From: Terriglobia bacterium
GTDB lineage: Bacteria; Acidobacteriota; Polarisedimenticolia; Polarisedimenticolales; JAIQFR01
Assembly: GCA_963748015.1 (NCBI GenBank)
Contig: CAVVHE010000004.1
Coordinates: 608,001-672,000, forward strand
Direction: 5' to 3'
DNA: 64,000 nucleotides
Shown here: piece after piece, positions 1 through 9,766 of the stretch
Numbering within the stretch: position 1 is the stretch's first letter
Layout of the letters: every line of letters begins with the position of its first letter
Notes under the pieces: generated by a model
What the model saw: the letters and a program-made list of their open reading frames with translations, nothing else
What the model was told of the DNA's origin: nothing
Database searches by the model: none
Position numbers and translations under genes: made by a program

Positions 1-797
1 ACACCGTCGGCCGCGATCTCGTGAACCACTGCGTCAACGACATCCTGGTGCAGGGGGCACGGCCGCTCTTCTTCCTCGATTACGTCGCCACCGGCAGGCT
101 CGAGCCCGGGATCCTCGCCGCCGTCGTGGAAGGAATCGCGAAGGGCTGCCGCGAGAACGGCTGCGCCCTGCTCGGCGGCGAGACCGCGGAGATGCCGGGG
201 TTCTACGCCGACGGCGAATACGACGTCGCCGGCTTCATCGTCGGCATGGTGGACAGGGACAGGGTCATCGACGGCAGCCGGATCGCCGCGGGAGACGTGT
301 TGATCGGCCTGCCGTCGGCGGGGCTCCACACCAACGGCTACTCGCTGGCGCGCATGATCCTGTTCGAGCGGATGGGATTGTCGCCCTCGTCCCCGCTCGA
401 CGGCCTCGAGGGGACGGTGGCGGAGAACCTCCTCGCCGAGCACCGCTCGTACCTTCGTCCGCTCGAGGGGTCGCTCGACGGCGGCGCGATCCACGCGCTG
501 GCGCACATCACCGGCGGCGGGCTCACGGACAACCTGCCGCGGGTCCTCCCCGAGGGGACCGCGGCGAGGATCGACGTCGGCAGCTGGCGGACCCCGGCGC
601 TGTTCGAGCTCCTCGCGCGAGCGGGAAACGTGGACTCCGCCGAGATGTACCGGACGTTCAACATGGGAGTCGGGATGGTCGTCGTCTCGGCCCCGGACCG
701 CGCGGGCGAGATCGAGGCGCACCTCGACGCGATGGGCGAGCGTCACTTCCGGATCGGCGCGATCGTTCCGGGAGACGGGCGGGTGCACTATGCCTGA
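1..797 (+). CDS. purM: Phosphoribosylformylglycinamidine cyclo-ligase (AIR synthetase), 5'-truncated by the window edge
   Basis: Motifs VNDILVQGARPLFFLDY, GGETAEMPG, GLHTNGYSL, HITGGG and TFNMGVG; adjacent to purN. Confidence 0.97.
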   Translation, partial: TVGRDLVNHCVNDILVQGARPLFFLDYVATGRLEPGILAAVVEGIAKGCRENGCALLGGETAEMPGFYADGEYDVAGFIVGMVDRDRVIDGSRIAAGDVLIGLPSAGLHTNGYSLARMILFERMGLSPSSPLDGLEGTVAENLLAEHRSYLRPLEGSLDGGAIHALAHITGGGLTDNLPRVLPEGTAARIDVGSWRTPALFELLARAGNVDSAEMYRTFNMGVGMVVVSAPDRAGEIEAHLDAMGERHFRIGAIVPGDGRVHYA

Positions 798-1425
798 CCC
801 GTCCGCCTGCAAGAGGGTCGGGATCCTGATCTCCGGCCGCGGGTCGAACATGATCGCCCTCGTCGAGGCGATGCGCGACGGGAGGATACCCGCGGAGCCG
901 GCCGTCGTGATCTCGAACGTCCCCGGGGCGGCCGGCCTCGCGCGCGCGAGGGCTCTCGGCGTCCCGACCGCGGTGGTCGATCACAAGGAGGTCCGGCCGC
1001 GCGAGGCGCAGGAGCGGCGGGTCGTGGAGACGCTCCGCGAGCACGCGGCCGATCTCGTCTGCCTCGCGGGCTACATGCGGTTGCTCTCGCCGTACCTGAT
1101 CGGCGAGTTCCGGAACCGGATCCTGAACATCCACCCCGCGCTGCTTCCGGCCTTTCCGGGGCTCGACGCGCAGCGCCAGGCGCTCGAGCACGGCGTGAAG
1201 GTGTCCGGCTGCACCGTGCACGTCGTGGACGAGCAGTGCGACCACGGTCCGATCGTCCTCCAGGCGGCGGTGCCGGTTCTCGAAGGGGACGACGAGGAGA
1301 CGCTCTCGCATCGCATCCTCGAGCAGGAACACCGGATCTACCCCGAGGCCGTCGCCCTCTTCTGCCGGGGGCGCGTGGCCATCGAGGGGCGCCGCGTCCG
1401 CATCCTTCCCGTCCAAGCGCGCTGA
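790..1425 (+). CDS. purN: Phosphoribosylglycinamide formyltransferase
   Basis: ISGRGSN, LAGYMRLL, NIHPALLPAFPG, GCTVH and DHGPI motifs; overlaps the purM stop. Confidence 0.97.
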   Translation: MPDPSACKRVGILISGRGSNMIALVEAMRDGRIPAEPAVVISNVPGAAGLARARALGVPTAVVDHKEVRPREAQERRVVETLREHAADLVCLAGYMRLLSPYLIGEFRNRILNIHPALLPAFPGLDAQRQALEHGVKVSGCTVHVVDEQCDHGPIVLQAAVPVLEGDDEETLSHRILEQEHRIYPEAVALFCRGRVAIEGRRVRILPVQAR

Positions 1426-1461
1426 AAGGTCCCCCGGCGTTCGCCTCCCGCAGGAGATGTC

Positions 1462-2229
1462 GTGCGCGAGCGCGCGCAGGGTAGTGGAGTTCCCCGGGAG
1501 GAGGCGCCGGCCGGGATCCCTCCGGGGGAAGAGGGACGGGTCGTTCCCTTCGCGCCGCGTCTGGCGGCCGGCCGGCCCCGGGCCTTCGACCCGGGCGTCA
1601 AGCTCCGGGCGCGGGGGGCGTCGTCGCTGACGGTCACGGAGCTCCTGTCGCTCGTGCTCGGAGACCGGAGGCGCGGAGAGCCCTGCGCCCGGATCGCCGC
1701 CAGGCTGCTCCGGCGGCACGGGCTGGCGGGGCTCTCCGGTCTGCGGCCGGAGCGATGGGAGGGGGAGCGGGGCGTGGGACCTGCGACGGCGGCCCGGCTC
1801 GCCGCGGCCTTCGAGATCGGCCGGCGCGCGCGCGGAGACGAGACGGAGCGCGAGCGGCCGAAGATCGCCCGGCCGTCGGACGCGTTCGTGCAGGTGCGCG
1901 ATCTCGGCGGCGCGCGAAAGGAGCACCTCGTCGGCCTCTACCTCGACGCCCAGAACGGTCTCCTCGAGCGCGAGACCCTGTCGATCGGCTCGCTCAACAC
2001 CACGCGGACCCATCCGCGCGAGATCCTCTACCCTGCGATCCGGCACCTCGCTCTCGGGTTCGTCCTCGTTCACAACCACCCGAGCGGCTGCATCGACCCG
2101 TCGGACGAGGACGTGGAGTTCACGCGCTCCGTCAAGCGGGCGGGCGAGCTGATGGGAATCGAGCTGTACGACCACCTGATCGTCGCGGCCGCGCGTTACA
2201 CGAGCCTGCGGGAGAGGGGATTGCTGTAG
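1462..2229 (+). CDS. radC: RadC-family (JAB/MPN domain) protein
   Basis: HPREIL...VHNHPSG...S..D...LYDHLIV JAB motif; N-terminal helix-hairpin-helix-like GVGPA; AGGAG RBS upstream of the GTG. Confidence 0.93.
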   Translation: MRERAQGSGVPREEAPAGIPPGEEGRVVPFAPRLAAGRPRAFDPGVKLRARGASSLTVTELLSLVLGDRRRGEPCARIAARLLRRHGLAGLSGLRPERWEGERGVGPATAARLAAAFEIGRRARGDETERERPKIARPSDAFVQVRDLGGARKEHLVGLYLDAQNGLLERETLSIGSLNTTRTHPREILYPAIRHLALGFVLVHNHPSGCIDPSDEDVEFTRSVKRAGELMGIELYDHLIVAAARYTSLRERGLL

Positions 2230-2249
2230 GCTAGGGCGGGTCGGCGGGA

Positions 2250-2340
2250 CGCGGCTGCTTCGTCCGGAGGCGGAAGCGTCCTCGCCAGCCCGAAAAAGGG
2301 CTGTCTACGGACACTCCCGCCTCCGGACGAAGCAGCCGCG
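2250..2340. repeat. Palindromic intergenic element (REP/MITE-like), related to the copies at 48073-48355
   Basis: 24-bp perfect inverted repeat (2250-2273 / 2317-2340) enclosing the inner hairpin CAGCCC-GAAAAA-GGGCTG. Confidence 0.85.
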
Positions 2341-2369
2341 CGGCCCCGTCCTCGCGGGGAGGTCAAAGC

Positions 2370-2927
2370 GTGCGGCGACTCGTGACGATCACGTACCTGG
2401 AGATGAACGATCCCGCGGAGCTCACGTCCTCGCGGGATCCCGGCACGCCCTTTCTCTTGATGCGCGCCGAGATACCCAGCCCGGAGCTGAATCGCTTCCT
2501 CTACACCGCGGTCGGCGCCGCGTGGACTTGGTACGGCCGGCTCCCGTGGAGCCGCGCGCGGTGGCTGGCCTGGCTCGACCGGCCCGAGCTGGAGACCTGG
2601 GTCGCGTACGTGTCGGGAACGCCGGCGGGGTACTTCGAGCTGGAGCGCCAGCCGGGAGAGCAGGTCGAGCTGGTCTACTTCGGCCTCCTTCCCTCCTTCG
2701 TCGGCAAGGGTCTCGGCGGAGCGCTCCTGACGGCCGCCATTCGCCGGTGCTGGGAGATGGGGGCCAGGCGGGTCTGGGTGCACACCTGCGACCTCGATCA
2801 CCCGCTCGCACTCCGCAACTACGAGGCCCGCGGGTTCCGCGTCTACAAGACCGAGCGGGCCGAGGAGGAGCTCCCCGATCGGCCGCTCGAGCCCTGGCCG
2901 GGTGCGAGCGCGCCTGAAACCGGATAA
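2370..2927 (+). CDS. GNAT-family acetyltransferase
   Basis: YFGLLPSFVGKGLGGALL acetyl-CoA motif A; WVHTCDLDHPLALRNYEARGF; GGAGG RBS. Confidence 0.88.
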   Translation: MRRLVTITYLEMNDPAELTSSRDPGTPFLLMRAEIPSPELNRFLYTAVGAAWTWYGRLPWSRARWLAWLDRPELETWVAYVSGTPAGYFELERQPGEQVELVYFGLLPSFVGKGLGGALLTAAIRRCWEMGARRVWVHTCDLDHPLALRNYEARGFRVYKTERAEEELPDRPLEPWPGASAPETG

Positions 2928-3064
2928 CGAAGTCCCCGCCGGGGGCAGGCGCCGGCGGATCTCGCGAGAAATCGGGAGAGCGCCGCGGCGACGCGGTCGT
3001 GTATGCTGATGCGCTCGAAAAGGGGGGAGTTTCCCATGCATTCGGCTCGACGGGAGGGGACGGC

Positions 3065-4780
3065 GTGCCCGGGCCGCTAGATCGCCAGGAGGCGCGCGCC
3101 TCGAGGGGCGGGGGAGAACCGGGTCCGCTCGACTCGCCGCGCGTCGTCTGGCTCGTCGTCGCCGCCTGGCTCGTGCTCGTCGCCTGTCTCCTGCCGGTGC
3201 GCGAGGTGATCCCGCCGGACGAGCCGCGGTTCGCGCATCAGGCCCAGAACATGTTCGACCTCGACGACTGGATCGTTCCGAGAATTGGCGACGTGCCCTA
3301 CCCGGACAAGCCGCCCATCCTCTTTTGGTCGATCGATCTCGCGTCGCTCCCGTTCGGGCGCGTGCACGCGTCCACCGCGCGCGTGCCCTCCGCGATCGGC
3401 GCGCTCGTCATCCTCCTCCTCACGATCCGGCTCGGCAGGAGGGTCTGGGGCTCCCGGGCGGTCGGCGCAGCCGGCGCGCTCGTTCTGCTCACCTGCTTCG
3501 AGTTCTTCATCCGGGCGCAGTGGGTCTCCTGCGACATGCTGATGATGTCATTCTCGTTCGTCGCGCTGACCCTCTGGCGCGAGGCGGCGTTCGACGATGT
3601 GGGCGCCGGTCGAATGGGGCCGAGAACACGCGTGTTCCTGGGTTGGATGGCGGCCGCCGCCGGTGTGCTGACGAAGGGCCCGCCCACGCTCCTCTTCGCG
3701 GGTTTCTGGCTCGCAGGCGAGGCGGCGGCGCGCCGCAAGGTGCGGCCGCTCGCGCGGATCCTCCGCCCGGAGGGGCTGATCGCCTTCTCGCTCCTGGTCG
3801 GCGGATGGCTCTGGGCCGCGGGCCGCGTGGTGGGAGGCGGCTACTCGTGGAACGCGATCTACACGCAGTCGGTGACCCGCTACTTCCACGCGTGGAACTC
3901 CGTGGCGCCCTGGTACTTCTACTTCTACCAGGGGCCGCTCGACCTCATGCCGTGGGCCGTCATGCTCCCCGCGGTGATCGCGGCCGCCGTGCTCGCGTGG
4001 CGCCGGCCGGCGGATTCCCCCGCGTCGCGCGCGGCCCGGATGGCCGCGGTCTTTCTCGCCCTCGTCTTCCTCTTCTTCTCCGGGTCCACGGGGAAGCGCG
4101 GCGTGTACGTCATGCCGGCTTTCCCGGCGTTCGCGCTCCTCGCGGGGGCGGCGTTCCTGGGCGCGGGGCGCCCGGGAGGACTGAGCCGGGCGTGGCGAGA
4201 GATCCCGCTCGGTATCCTCGCGGCACTCGGCCTGCTGTTCGCGGTGGGGCCGCCTGCGGCCGCCGCGGCGGGGTGGCTCACCCCCGCGCGTTTCGGGGCG
4301 GGGGTGGCCGGCCCGCTCGAGCTCGCCGCGCTGGCGATCGGCGGGGCGGTGCTGCTGGCCGGGGCGCTCGCGGCGCTAAGCCTGTCCAGGCGCGACGCTC
4401 CCCAGGAAGCGCTCCTCGCCGCATTCGCGGGGATCGCCGTGATGCTCGTCCTCGCGGGGGCCGTGGGCGGCGCCGCCTGGAGCCGCTGGCAGGGGGGCCG
4501 TGCGTTCGGAGCGAAGGTCGCGGCGGCGGTGCCCCGCGGACAGCGAATCGTGATCGAGCGCGGCAAGTTCGAGCTGATCCTGTTCTACGCCGACCGGCGG
4601 GGGACCGAGGTCGAGACCACGGACACGCTCCTGGCGGAGCTCGAGAGCGGCCGGTGCCGCTACGCGATCCTCTCGACCGCGACGCTCGAGAAGCTGCGCG
4701 ACCGGGCGCCGCTCTCGGGCATGAAGGAGGTGTTCACCGAACGCCTCGGGAAGGTGACCTACACGACCCTCGGCCCGTGA
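3065..4780 (+). CDS. ArnT/PMT-like (GT83/GT39) membrane glycosyltransferase
   Basis: DEPRF...DKPP...LTKGP...KRGVY motifs and many TM segments; start placed at the GTG after a GGAGGGG RBS (the ORF track starts at 2999). Confidence 0.85.
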   Translation: MPGPLDRQEARASRGGGEPGPLDSPRVVWLVVAAWLVLVACLLPVREVIPPDEPRFAHQAQNMFDLDDWIVPRIGDVPYPDKPPILFWSIDLASLPFGRVHASTARVPSAIGALVILLLTIRLGRRVWGSRAVGAAGALVLLTCFEFFIRAQWVSCDMLMMSFSFVALTLWREAAFDDVGAGRMGPRTRVFLGWMAAAAGVLTKGPPTLLFAGFWLAGEAAARRKVRPLARILRPEGLIAFSLLVGGWLWAAGRVVGGGYSWNAIYTQSVTRYFHAWNSVAPWYFYFYQGPLDLMPWAVMLPAVIAAAVLAWRRPADSPASRAARMAAVFLALVFLFFSGSTGKRGVYVMPAFPAFALLAGAAFLGAGRPGGLSRAWREIPLGILAALGLLFAVGPPAAAAAGWLTPARFGAGVAGPLELAALAIGGAVLLAGALAALSLSRRDAPQEALLAAFAGIAVMLVLAGAVGGAAWSRWQGGRAFGAKVAAAVPRGQRIVIERGKFELILFYADRRGTEVETTDTLLAELESGRCRYAILSTATLEKLRDRAPLSGMKEVFTERLGKVTYTTLGP

Positions 4781-4903
4781 GCCTCCGGGGCACGGCCCAC
4801 GGACCGCGGCTCTCCGCTGTCCTCGCGTCTCCCGTTCCGCCCGCGCCGGATTTGGTAGAATCGCGGTTCCCGCGTGGTTTCCGCGCCCGAGAGCGAGGTC
4901 CCG

Positions 4904-6145
4904 ATGGCCGATCCCGCCAGGAAATTCCCCCCGGTCGAGGAGCAGCTGGCCCTCCTCGCCCGAGGCGCCGTCGACCTGGTCACCGAGAACGAGCTCAAGC
5001 GCAAGCTCGAGCGGTCGAAGGCCCAGGGCGTCCCGTTGACCGTAAAGGTCGGGTTCGACCCGACGGCGCCGGACATCCACCTCGGGCACACCGTCCTCCT
5101 GCGAAAGATGCGCCACTTCCAGGACCTCGGCCATCGCGTGGTCTTCGTGATCGGCGACTTCACCGGCATGATCGGCGACCCTTCGGGCCGCTCCAAGACC
5201 CGCCCCGCGCTGACCCGCGAGGAGATCGCGGCGAACGCCGACACCTACAAGCGGCAGTGCTTCAAGGTCCTCGATCCGGACAAGACCGAGATCCGGTTCA
5301 ACAGCGAGTGGCTCGGCGCGCTGGGGTCGGAAGGGTTCGTCCGCCTCGCGGCGAGGTACAACGTCGCGCGAATGCTCGAGCGAAAGGACTTCAAGGCGCG
5401 GTTCACCAAAGGCCAGACCATCGGGGTGCACGAGTTTCTCTACCCCCTGGCCCAGGCCTACGATTCGGTGGCGCTCAAGGCCGACGTGGAGCTGGGGGGA
5501 ACCGATCAGTTGTTCAACCTCAACGTCGGACGCGACATCATGCCGGATTACGGTCTCGAGCCGCAGGTGGTGATCACGACGCCCCTGCTCGAGGGGCTCG
5601 ACGGCGTCGAGAAGATGTCCAAGACCCTCGGCAACTACGTCGGGGTCAACGAGGAGCCGCGCGAGGCCTTCGGCAAGCTGATGTCCATCACGGACGACCT
5701 GATGTGGAAGTACTACACCCTCTGCACGGGGATCTCCGCGGAGGGAATCTCGGAGATGAAGCGGCTCGTCGCCGAGGGGATGCTCCACCCGAAGAAGGCG
5801 AAGGAAGGGCTCGCGATGCGGATCGTCGCGGACTTCCACGGCGAGGCCGCGGCGCGCTCGGCCCTCGAGGAGTTCGAGCGGATCTTCGGCAAGCACCAGG
5901 TCCCGGACGAGGTGAAGGAGCAGCGACTGCCGGCCGGGAACGGCAAGTGCGCCCTGCCGAAGCTCCTGGTCGCGCTGGGGCTCGCGTCGTCCAACAGCGA
6001 GGCGGGGCGCCTGATCGATCAGGGCGGGGTCCGGATCGACGATGCGAAGATCGCTTCGGGCACCCGGGAGATCGAGGTCAGGCCCGGGCAGAGCCTCCTG
6101 GTCAAGGTCGGGAAGCGTCACTTCGCCAGGGCCACGTTCGATTGA
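4904..6145 (+). CDS. tyrS: Tyrosine--tRNA ligase
   Basis: GFDPTAPDIHLGH (HIGH), ELGGTDQLFN, KMSKT; C-terminal S4 domain (VGKRHF). Confidence 0.97.
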   Translation: MADPARKFPPVEEQLALLARGAVDLVTENELKRKLERSKAQGVPLTVKVGFDPTAPDIHLGHTVLLRKMRHFQDLGHRVVFVIGDFTGMIGDPSGRSKTRPALTREEIAANADTYKRQCFKVLDPDKTEIRFNSEWLGALGSEGFVRLAARYNVARMLERKDFKARFTKGQTIGVHEFLYPLAQAYDSVALKADVELGGTDQLFNLNVGRDIMPDYGLEPQVVITTPLLEGLDGVEKMSKTLGNYVGVNEEPREAFGKLMSITDDLMWKYYTLCTGISAEGISEMKRLVAEGMLHPKKAKEGLAMRIVADFHGEAAARSALEEFERIFGKHQVPDEVKEQRLPAGNGKCALPKLLVALGLASSNSEAGRLIDQGGVRIDDAKIASGTREIEVRPGQSLLVKVGKRHFARATFD

Positions 6146-6158
6146 CGGGGGCGTGACG

Positions 6159-7070
6159 ATGAGGCGTGGCACCTTGGCCGCACTGGTTCTAGCCTGCGGC
6201 CTCGGCGGTTGCGCGCGGGAGGAGGGGCCGGTGGCGCTCGAGAGCCTGGTCCCGGGGAGCGCAGCGGGCTTCGTCGCGTCGGCGCCGGGCCGCGCCTACG
6301 ATCGCGCCACCATTTTCGAGTACATGGACGGTGCAGGGGAGGTCTACCTCCAGTACGACTTCCGCGCCCTCTTCGTCCGCGAGTTCTCGAAGAGGGACCA
6401 GCCCGGAATCACCGCCCAGCTGTTCGACATGGGGTGTCCGGAGGACGCGTTCGGAATCTTCAGCCTCGAACGCGAGGACGAGGACGCGGGGATCGGGCAG
6501 GGCTCGGAGTACGGCGGAGGCCTCCTCCGGTTCTGGAAGGGGCGGTTCTTCGTCTCCGTCTTCGCGGAGATCGAGTCACCCGAGACCCGAGAAGCGGTCT
6601 TCGCCCTCGGCCGTGCGGCCGCGGCGGCTATCCGCGAGACCGGGGCCCGTCCCGCGGAGGTGGAGGCCCTCCCGCCGGAGGGCCTCGTCGTTCGCAGGGT
6701 CCGCTTCTTTCATGGGCCGTTCGGCCTCGCTTCTCGGTACCCCGCGGCCGACGGCAAGCTCCTGGGACTGTCGCGAGACACCGACGCCGTGCTCGCCACC
6801 TACCGGCGCGCCGACAACGCCTCGCGCCTCCTGCTCGTCCGCTATCCGGACGCGCGGAAGGCTCGAGAGGCGCTCGAGGCGTTCTCTCTCTCGCCGGAGA
6901 CCGCGCTGGGCCCGGACGGCACGGCACGGGTGGCGAACGGGAAATGGGTCGGCGCGCGGCAGACCGGCAAGGCCTTCGTTGCGGTGTTCGAGGCGGCCAC
7001 GAGGGAGGACGTCGAGGACCTCTTGACCCGGACCACCGGGCGGTTGGAGGACGCACCATGGACGCGATGA
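6159..7070 (+). CDS. Putative lipoprotein, DUF6599-like
   Basis: Lipobox LGGC; IFEYMDGAGEVYLQYDF and FDMG..EDAFGIFS segments recalled as typical of this family. Confidence 0.6.
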   Translation: MRRGTLAALVLACGLGGCAREEGPVALESLVPGSAAGFVASAPGRAYDRATIFEYMDGAGEVYLQYDFRALFVREFSKRDQPGITAQLFDMGCPEDAFGIFSLEREDEDAGIGQGSEYGGGLLRFWKGRFFVSVFAEIESPETREAVFALGRAAAAAIRETGARPAEVEALPPEGLVVRRVRFFHGPFGLASRYPAADGKLLGLSRDTDAVLATYRRADNASRLLLVRYPDARKAREALEAFSLSPETALGPDGTARVANGKWVGARQTGKAFVAVFEAATREDVEDLLTRTTGRLEDAPWTR

Positions 7071-7954
7071 ACCCCGATCACGGCCGGGAGATCACCCGGC
7101 GCCGCTTCGTCACGACCGTCTCGACCGCCGCGGTCGCGGCCGCGATCTCCCCGGCCCTGGCCGTTCCCGGCGAGACCAGCCGGGCGCGCGTCGTGCTGGT
7201 GCGCGACGAGAGCGTGCTCGACGAGGCGGGGAAGCCCCGGGCCGACGTGATCCAGAAGATGCTCGACCGGGGGATGTGCGAGCTGCTCCAGGTGAAGGAG
7301 CCGGTCGAAGCCTGGAAGCGGGTGCTGGGGCCGGCTAAGACGGTGGGCATCAAGACCAACGTGTGGAAGAACCTGGCGACCGGTCCCGAGGTCGAGGCGG
7401 CGCTCAAGAGGCGCATCGTGGCCGCCGGCGTTCCCGAGGGCGGCGTGACGATCGACGATCGGGCCGCGGGGCAGACGCTCGCGAGCTGCGACGCCCTCGT
7501 GAACGCCCGCCCGCTCAGGACCCATCACTGGGCCGGCGTCGGCGGGTGCCTCAAGAACCCGATCATGTTCGCAGCCGATCCCTCGGTCTACCATCCCGAC
7601 CTGTGCGCCGATCTCGGGTCGCTCTGGAGCCTCCCGGCGATGAAGGACAAGGTCCGGCTCAACGTCCTCGTCGTCCTGACCCCGCAGTTCCTGACGCGCG
7701 GCCCGCACCACTTCGACACCCGCTACGTCTGGCCCTACCGCGGGATCCTCCTGTCCACCGACCCCGTCGCCGTGGACACGATCGGCGTCCGCCTCCTCGA
7801 CGCGAAGCGCAAGCTCTCCCTCGAGGAGGAGCGCCCCCTGACCCAGCTCGCCCACCACGTCCGGATCGCCGGAGAGAAGTACAAGCTGGGTGTCGCCGAC
7901 CCCGCTCGCATCGATCTGATCAAGCTCGGTTGGGACAAGGACCTGCTGATCTAG
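7058..7954 (+). CDS. Tat-exported DUF362-domain protein
   Basis: Twin-arginine signal ITRRRFV; GIKTN, LRTHHWAGVGGCLKN and STDPVAVD motifs; GGAGG RBS. Confidence 0.8.
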   Translation: MDAMNPDHGREITRRRFVTTVSTAAVAAAISPALAVPGETSRARVVLVRDESVLDEAGKPRADVIQKMLDRGMCELLQVKEPVEAWKRVLGPAKTVGIKTNVWKNLATGPEVEAALKRRIVAAGVPEGGVTIDDRAAGQTLASCDALVNARPLRTHHWAGVGGCLKNPIMFAADPSVYHPDLCADLGSLWSLPAMKDKVRLNVLVVLTPQFLTRGPHHFDTRYVWPYRGILLSTDPVAVDTIGVRLLDAKRKLSLEEERPLTQLAHHVRIAGEKYKLGVADPARIDLIKLGWDKDLLI

Positions 7955-8089
7955 CGTCCGCGCGCCTCGGGGAGGAGCTCGAGAGCCTCGAGCGGGACCG
8001 CCGCGACGGGCCAGGCCCGGGGTCGCGGGATCGGGGCCCTCGGGAACCATCCGCCCACGCAGCCGAGCCGGACTATCGGCCCCGCCGCG

Positions 8090-8554
8090 TCATTCCTTCT
8101 CGAATGCGAAATGGAGCTTGCAGTTCTTGAGGCGCTCGATGTCGGCGTAGGGCAGCTCGAACTTGAAGCCGAGGTGCGCCGAGTCGTCGTCGTCCGCCTT
8201 GTCTTTCTCGCTCTTAGAGGCGATGGTCTTCCCTTCGGCGTCGACGAGGGTCGCGGTTGCGTAGACGAAGTAGTCCTTGTCGGAGTTGTTCTTGAGCTTG
8301 AGCTTGATCCCGACGATCTTCTTCGCCTTCTTGGCCTTGTCTTCGATCGTGACGACCGCGGGGTCGAAGGTGAAGGCGCTTGCGGACAGATCGAGCGCGA
8401 CCTCGGACCGTGCCTGCTGTGTGTCGATCGGCATGGTGGAATCGAGTTGCAGCCCCTGCCACGCCGCCGCGCCGAACAGAGGCGTCGCGACGGCTCCGAG
8501 GACTGCGGCGATCGAGAAAACGGCCCACTTCGCGGGAGACCGAGCTTTTCTCAT
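8090..8554 (-). CDS. Secreted hypothetical protein (beta-sandwich, FxLYD-like)
   Basis: Signal peptide MRKARSPAKWAVFSIAAVLG...; AAGGAG RBS; ...KNNSDKDYFVYATATLVDAEGKTI pattern. Confidence 0.6.
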   Translation of the reverse strand: MRKARSPAKWAVFSIAAVLGAVATPLFGAAAWQGLQLDSTMPIDTQQARSEVALDLSASAFTFDPAVVTIEDKAKKAKKIVGIKLKLKNNSDKDYFVYATATLVDAEGKTIASKSEKDKADDDDSAHLGFKFELPYADIERLKNCKLHFAFEKE

Positions 8555-8653
8555 GGCGGTTCTCCTTGCTACCTCGAGATGTCCCTTTCCTCGCATCCTA
8601 CACGAAAGCCGGCGGGGTTGGAATCCATGCCGGAGGAGTTTATCTTGGCCGGG

Positions 8654-9766
8654 ATGCGGAACTCTTCCATCGGCATTCTGGGGATCCTCGCGGCGCTGAC
8701 GCTCGCGGCCGGGGCCACGCCGCCGGCCGAGGCGGCTGGGGCGGTCGAGACCTCGGAAACGAAAGAAGTCGTCTCCTTCTACCCGTCTTTCCTCACCTGG
8801 GACGCGGGGGCGAGGGCCTGGCGCGGCGAGATCCGGGGCAAGATCTACCGCCACGCGCGCGGCGTCGGGGGGCGCGTGACGACCTCCGCGCTGCGCGCCA
8901 CGCTCGGCGCCGTCGGGGACCTGACGGAAGACGACGAGCGGATCTTCCGCGCCCGGGCCGACGAGTTTGCCGTCGATGCCAAGCGTGGAAGAACGGTCGT
9001 CGTCGAGATTGGCGACCGCTCGTTCGTCTCGCGGCGCAGCCGGGCGAACGGCCATTTTCTCGCCGAGATCACCCTGGGCGAGGGGATGGCGGGCGAGGTC
9101 GTCCCGTTTCGCGCGATGCTCGAGGGCAAGCATCCGCGGGAGTTCGCCGGTACGCTTCGCCTGCTCGGGCCCACCGGCCTCTCCGTGATCTCCGACATCG
9201 ACGACACGGTGAAGGTCAGCAACGTGCTCGACCGCACCGAGCTCGTCGCCAACACGTTCTACCGGCCGTACCTGGCGGTGCAAGGGATGCCGGGCCTGTA
9301 CGGGGCGTGGAGGGACCGGGGCGTGGTCGTCCACTACGTGACGGCGGGTCCGTGGCAACTCTTCTCGCCGATCTGGAGCTTCCTGGCGGAGAACGGCCTC
9401 GCCGGGGCCGGCATCGAGATGCGCGAGTTCCGCCTGGCGAACGCGAGCTTCGTGGATATCTTCCGCGACTCGCAGGACTACAAGAAGCAGAGAATCCGGG
9501 AGATCCTGCGGCGCTTTCCCGAGAGGCGGTTCGTTCTCGTCGGAGACTCCGGTGAGCGCGACCCCGAGGTCTACGCCGCGATCGCGAGAGAATTCCCGGC
9601 TCAGGTGGCGGGGATCTACATCCGCGCGGTGCTCGAGGCCCATCGCGATCGCTCCCGGTATCGCTTGGTATTCGAGGGCATCGACGCGTCGAGGTGGATC
9701 GTCTTCGACGACGCGGCGACGCTCCCGCGCGACCTGGCGGAGTGGTGTTCGCTCGCGGGGAGCTAA
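8654..9766 (+). CDS. App1-family (DUF2183) phosphatidate phosphatase-like HAD protein, secreted
   Basis: SDIDDTVK (DxDxT) and VGDSGERDPEVY motifs; N-terminal signal peptide. Confidence 0.85.
   Translation: MRNSSIGILGILAALTLAAGATPPAEAAGAVETSETKEVVSFYPSFLTWDAGARAWRGEIRGKIYRHARGVGGRVTTSALRATLGAVGDLTEDDERIFRARADEFAVDAKRGRTVVVEIGDRSFVSRRSRANGHFLAEITLGEGMAGEVVPFRAMLEGKHPREFAGTLRLLGPTGLSVISDIDDTVKVSNVLDRTELVANTFYRPYLAVQGMPGLYGAWRDRGVVVHYVTAGPWQLFSPIWSFLAENGLAGAGIEMREFRLANASFVDIFRDSQDYKKQRIREILRRFPERRFVLVGDSGERDPEVYAAIAREFPAQVAGIYIRAVLEAHRDRSRYRLVFEGIDASRWIVFDDAATLPRDLAEWCSLAGS

Noticed and set aside
1462..2229. RadC as a marker of a mobile or anti-restriction element
   Set aside because: It is the long chromosomal form among housekeeping genes, with no integrase, transposase or att site nearby
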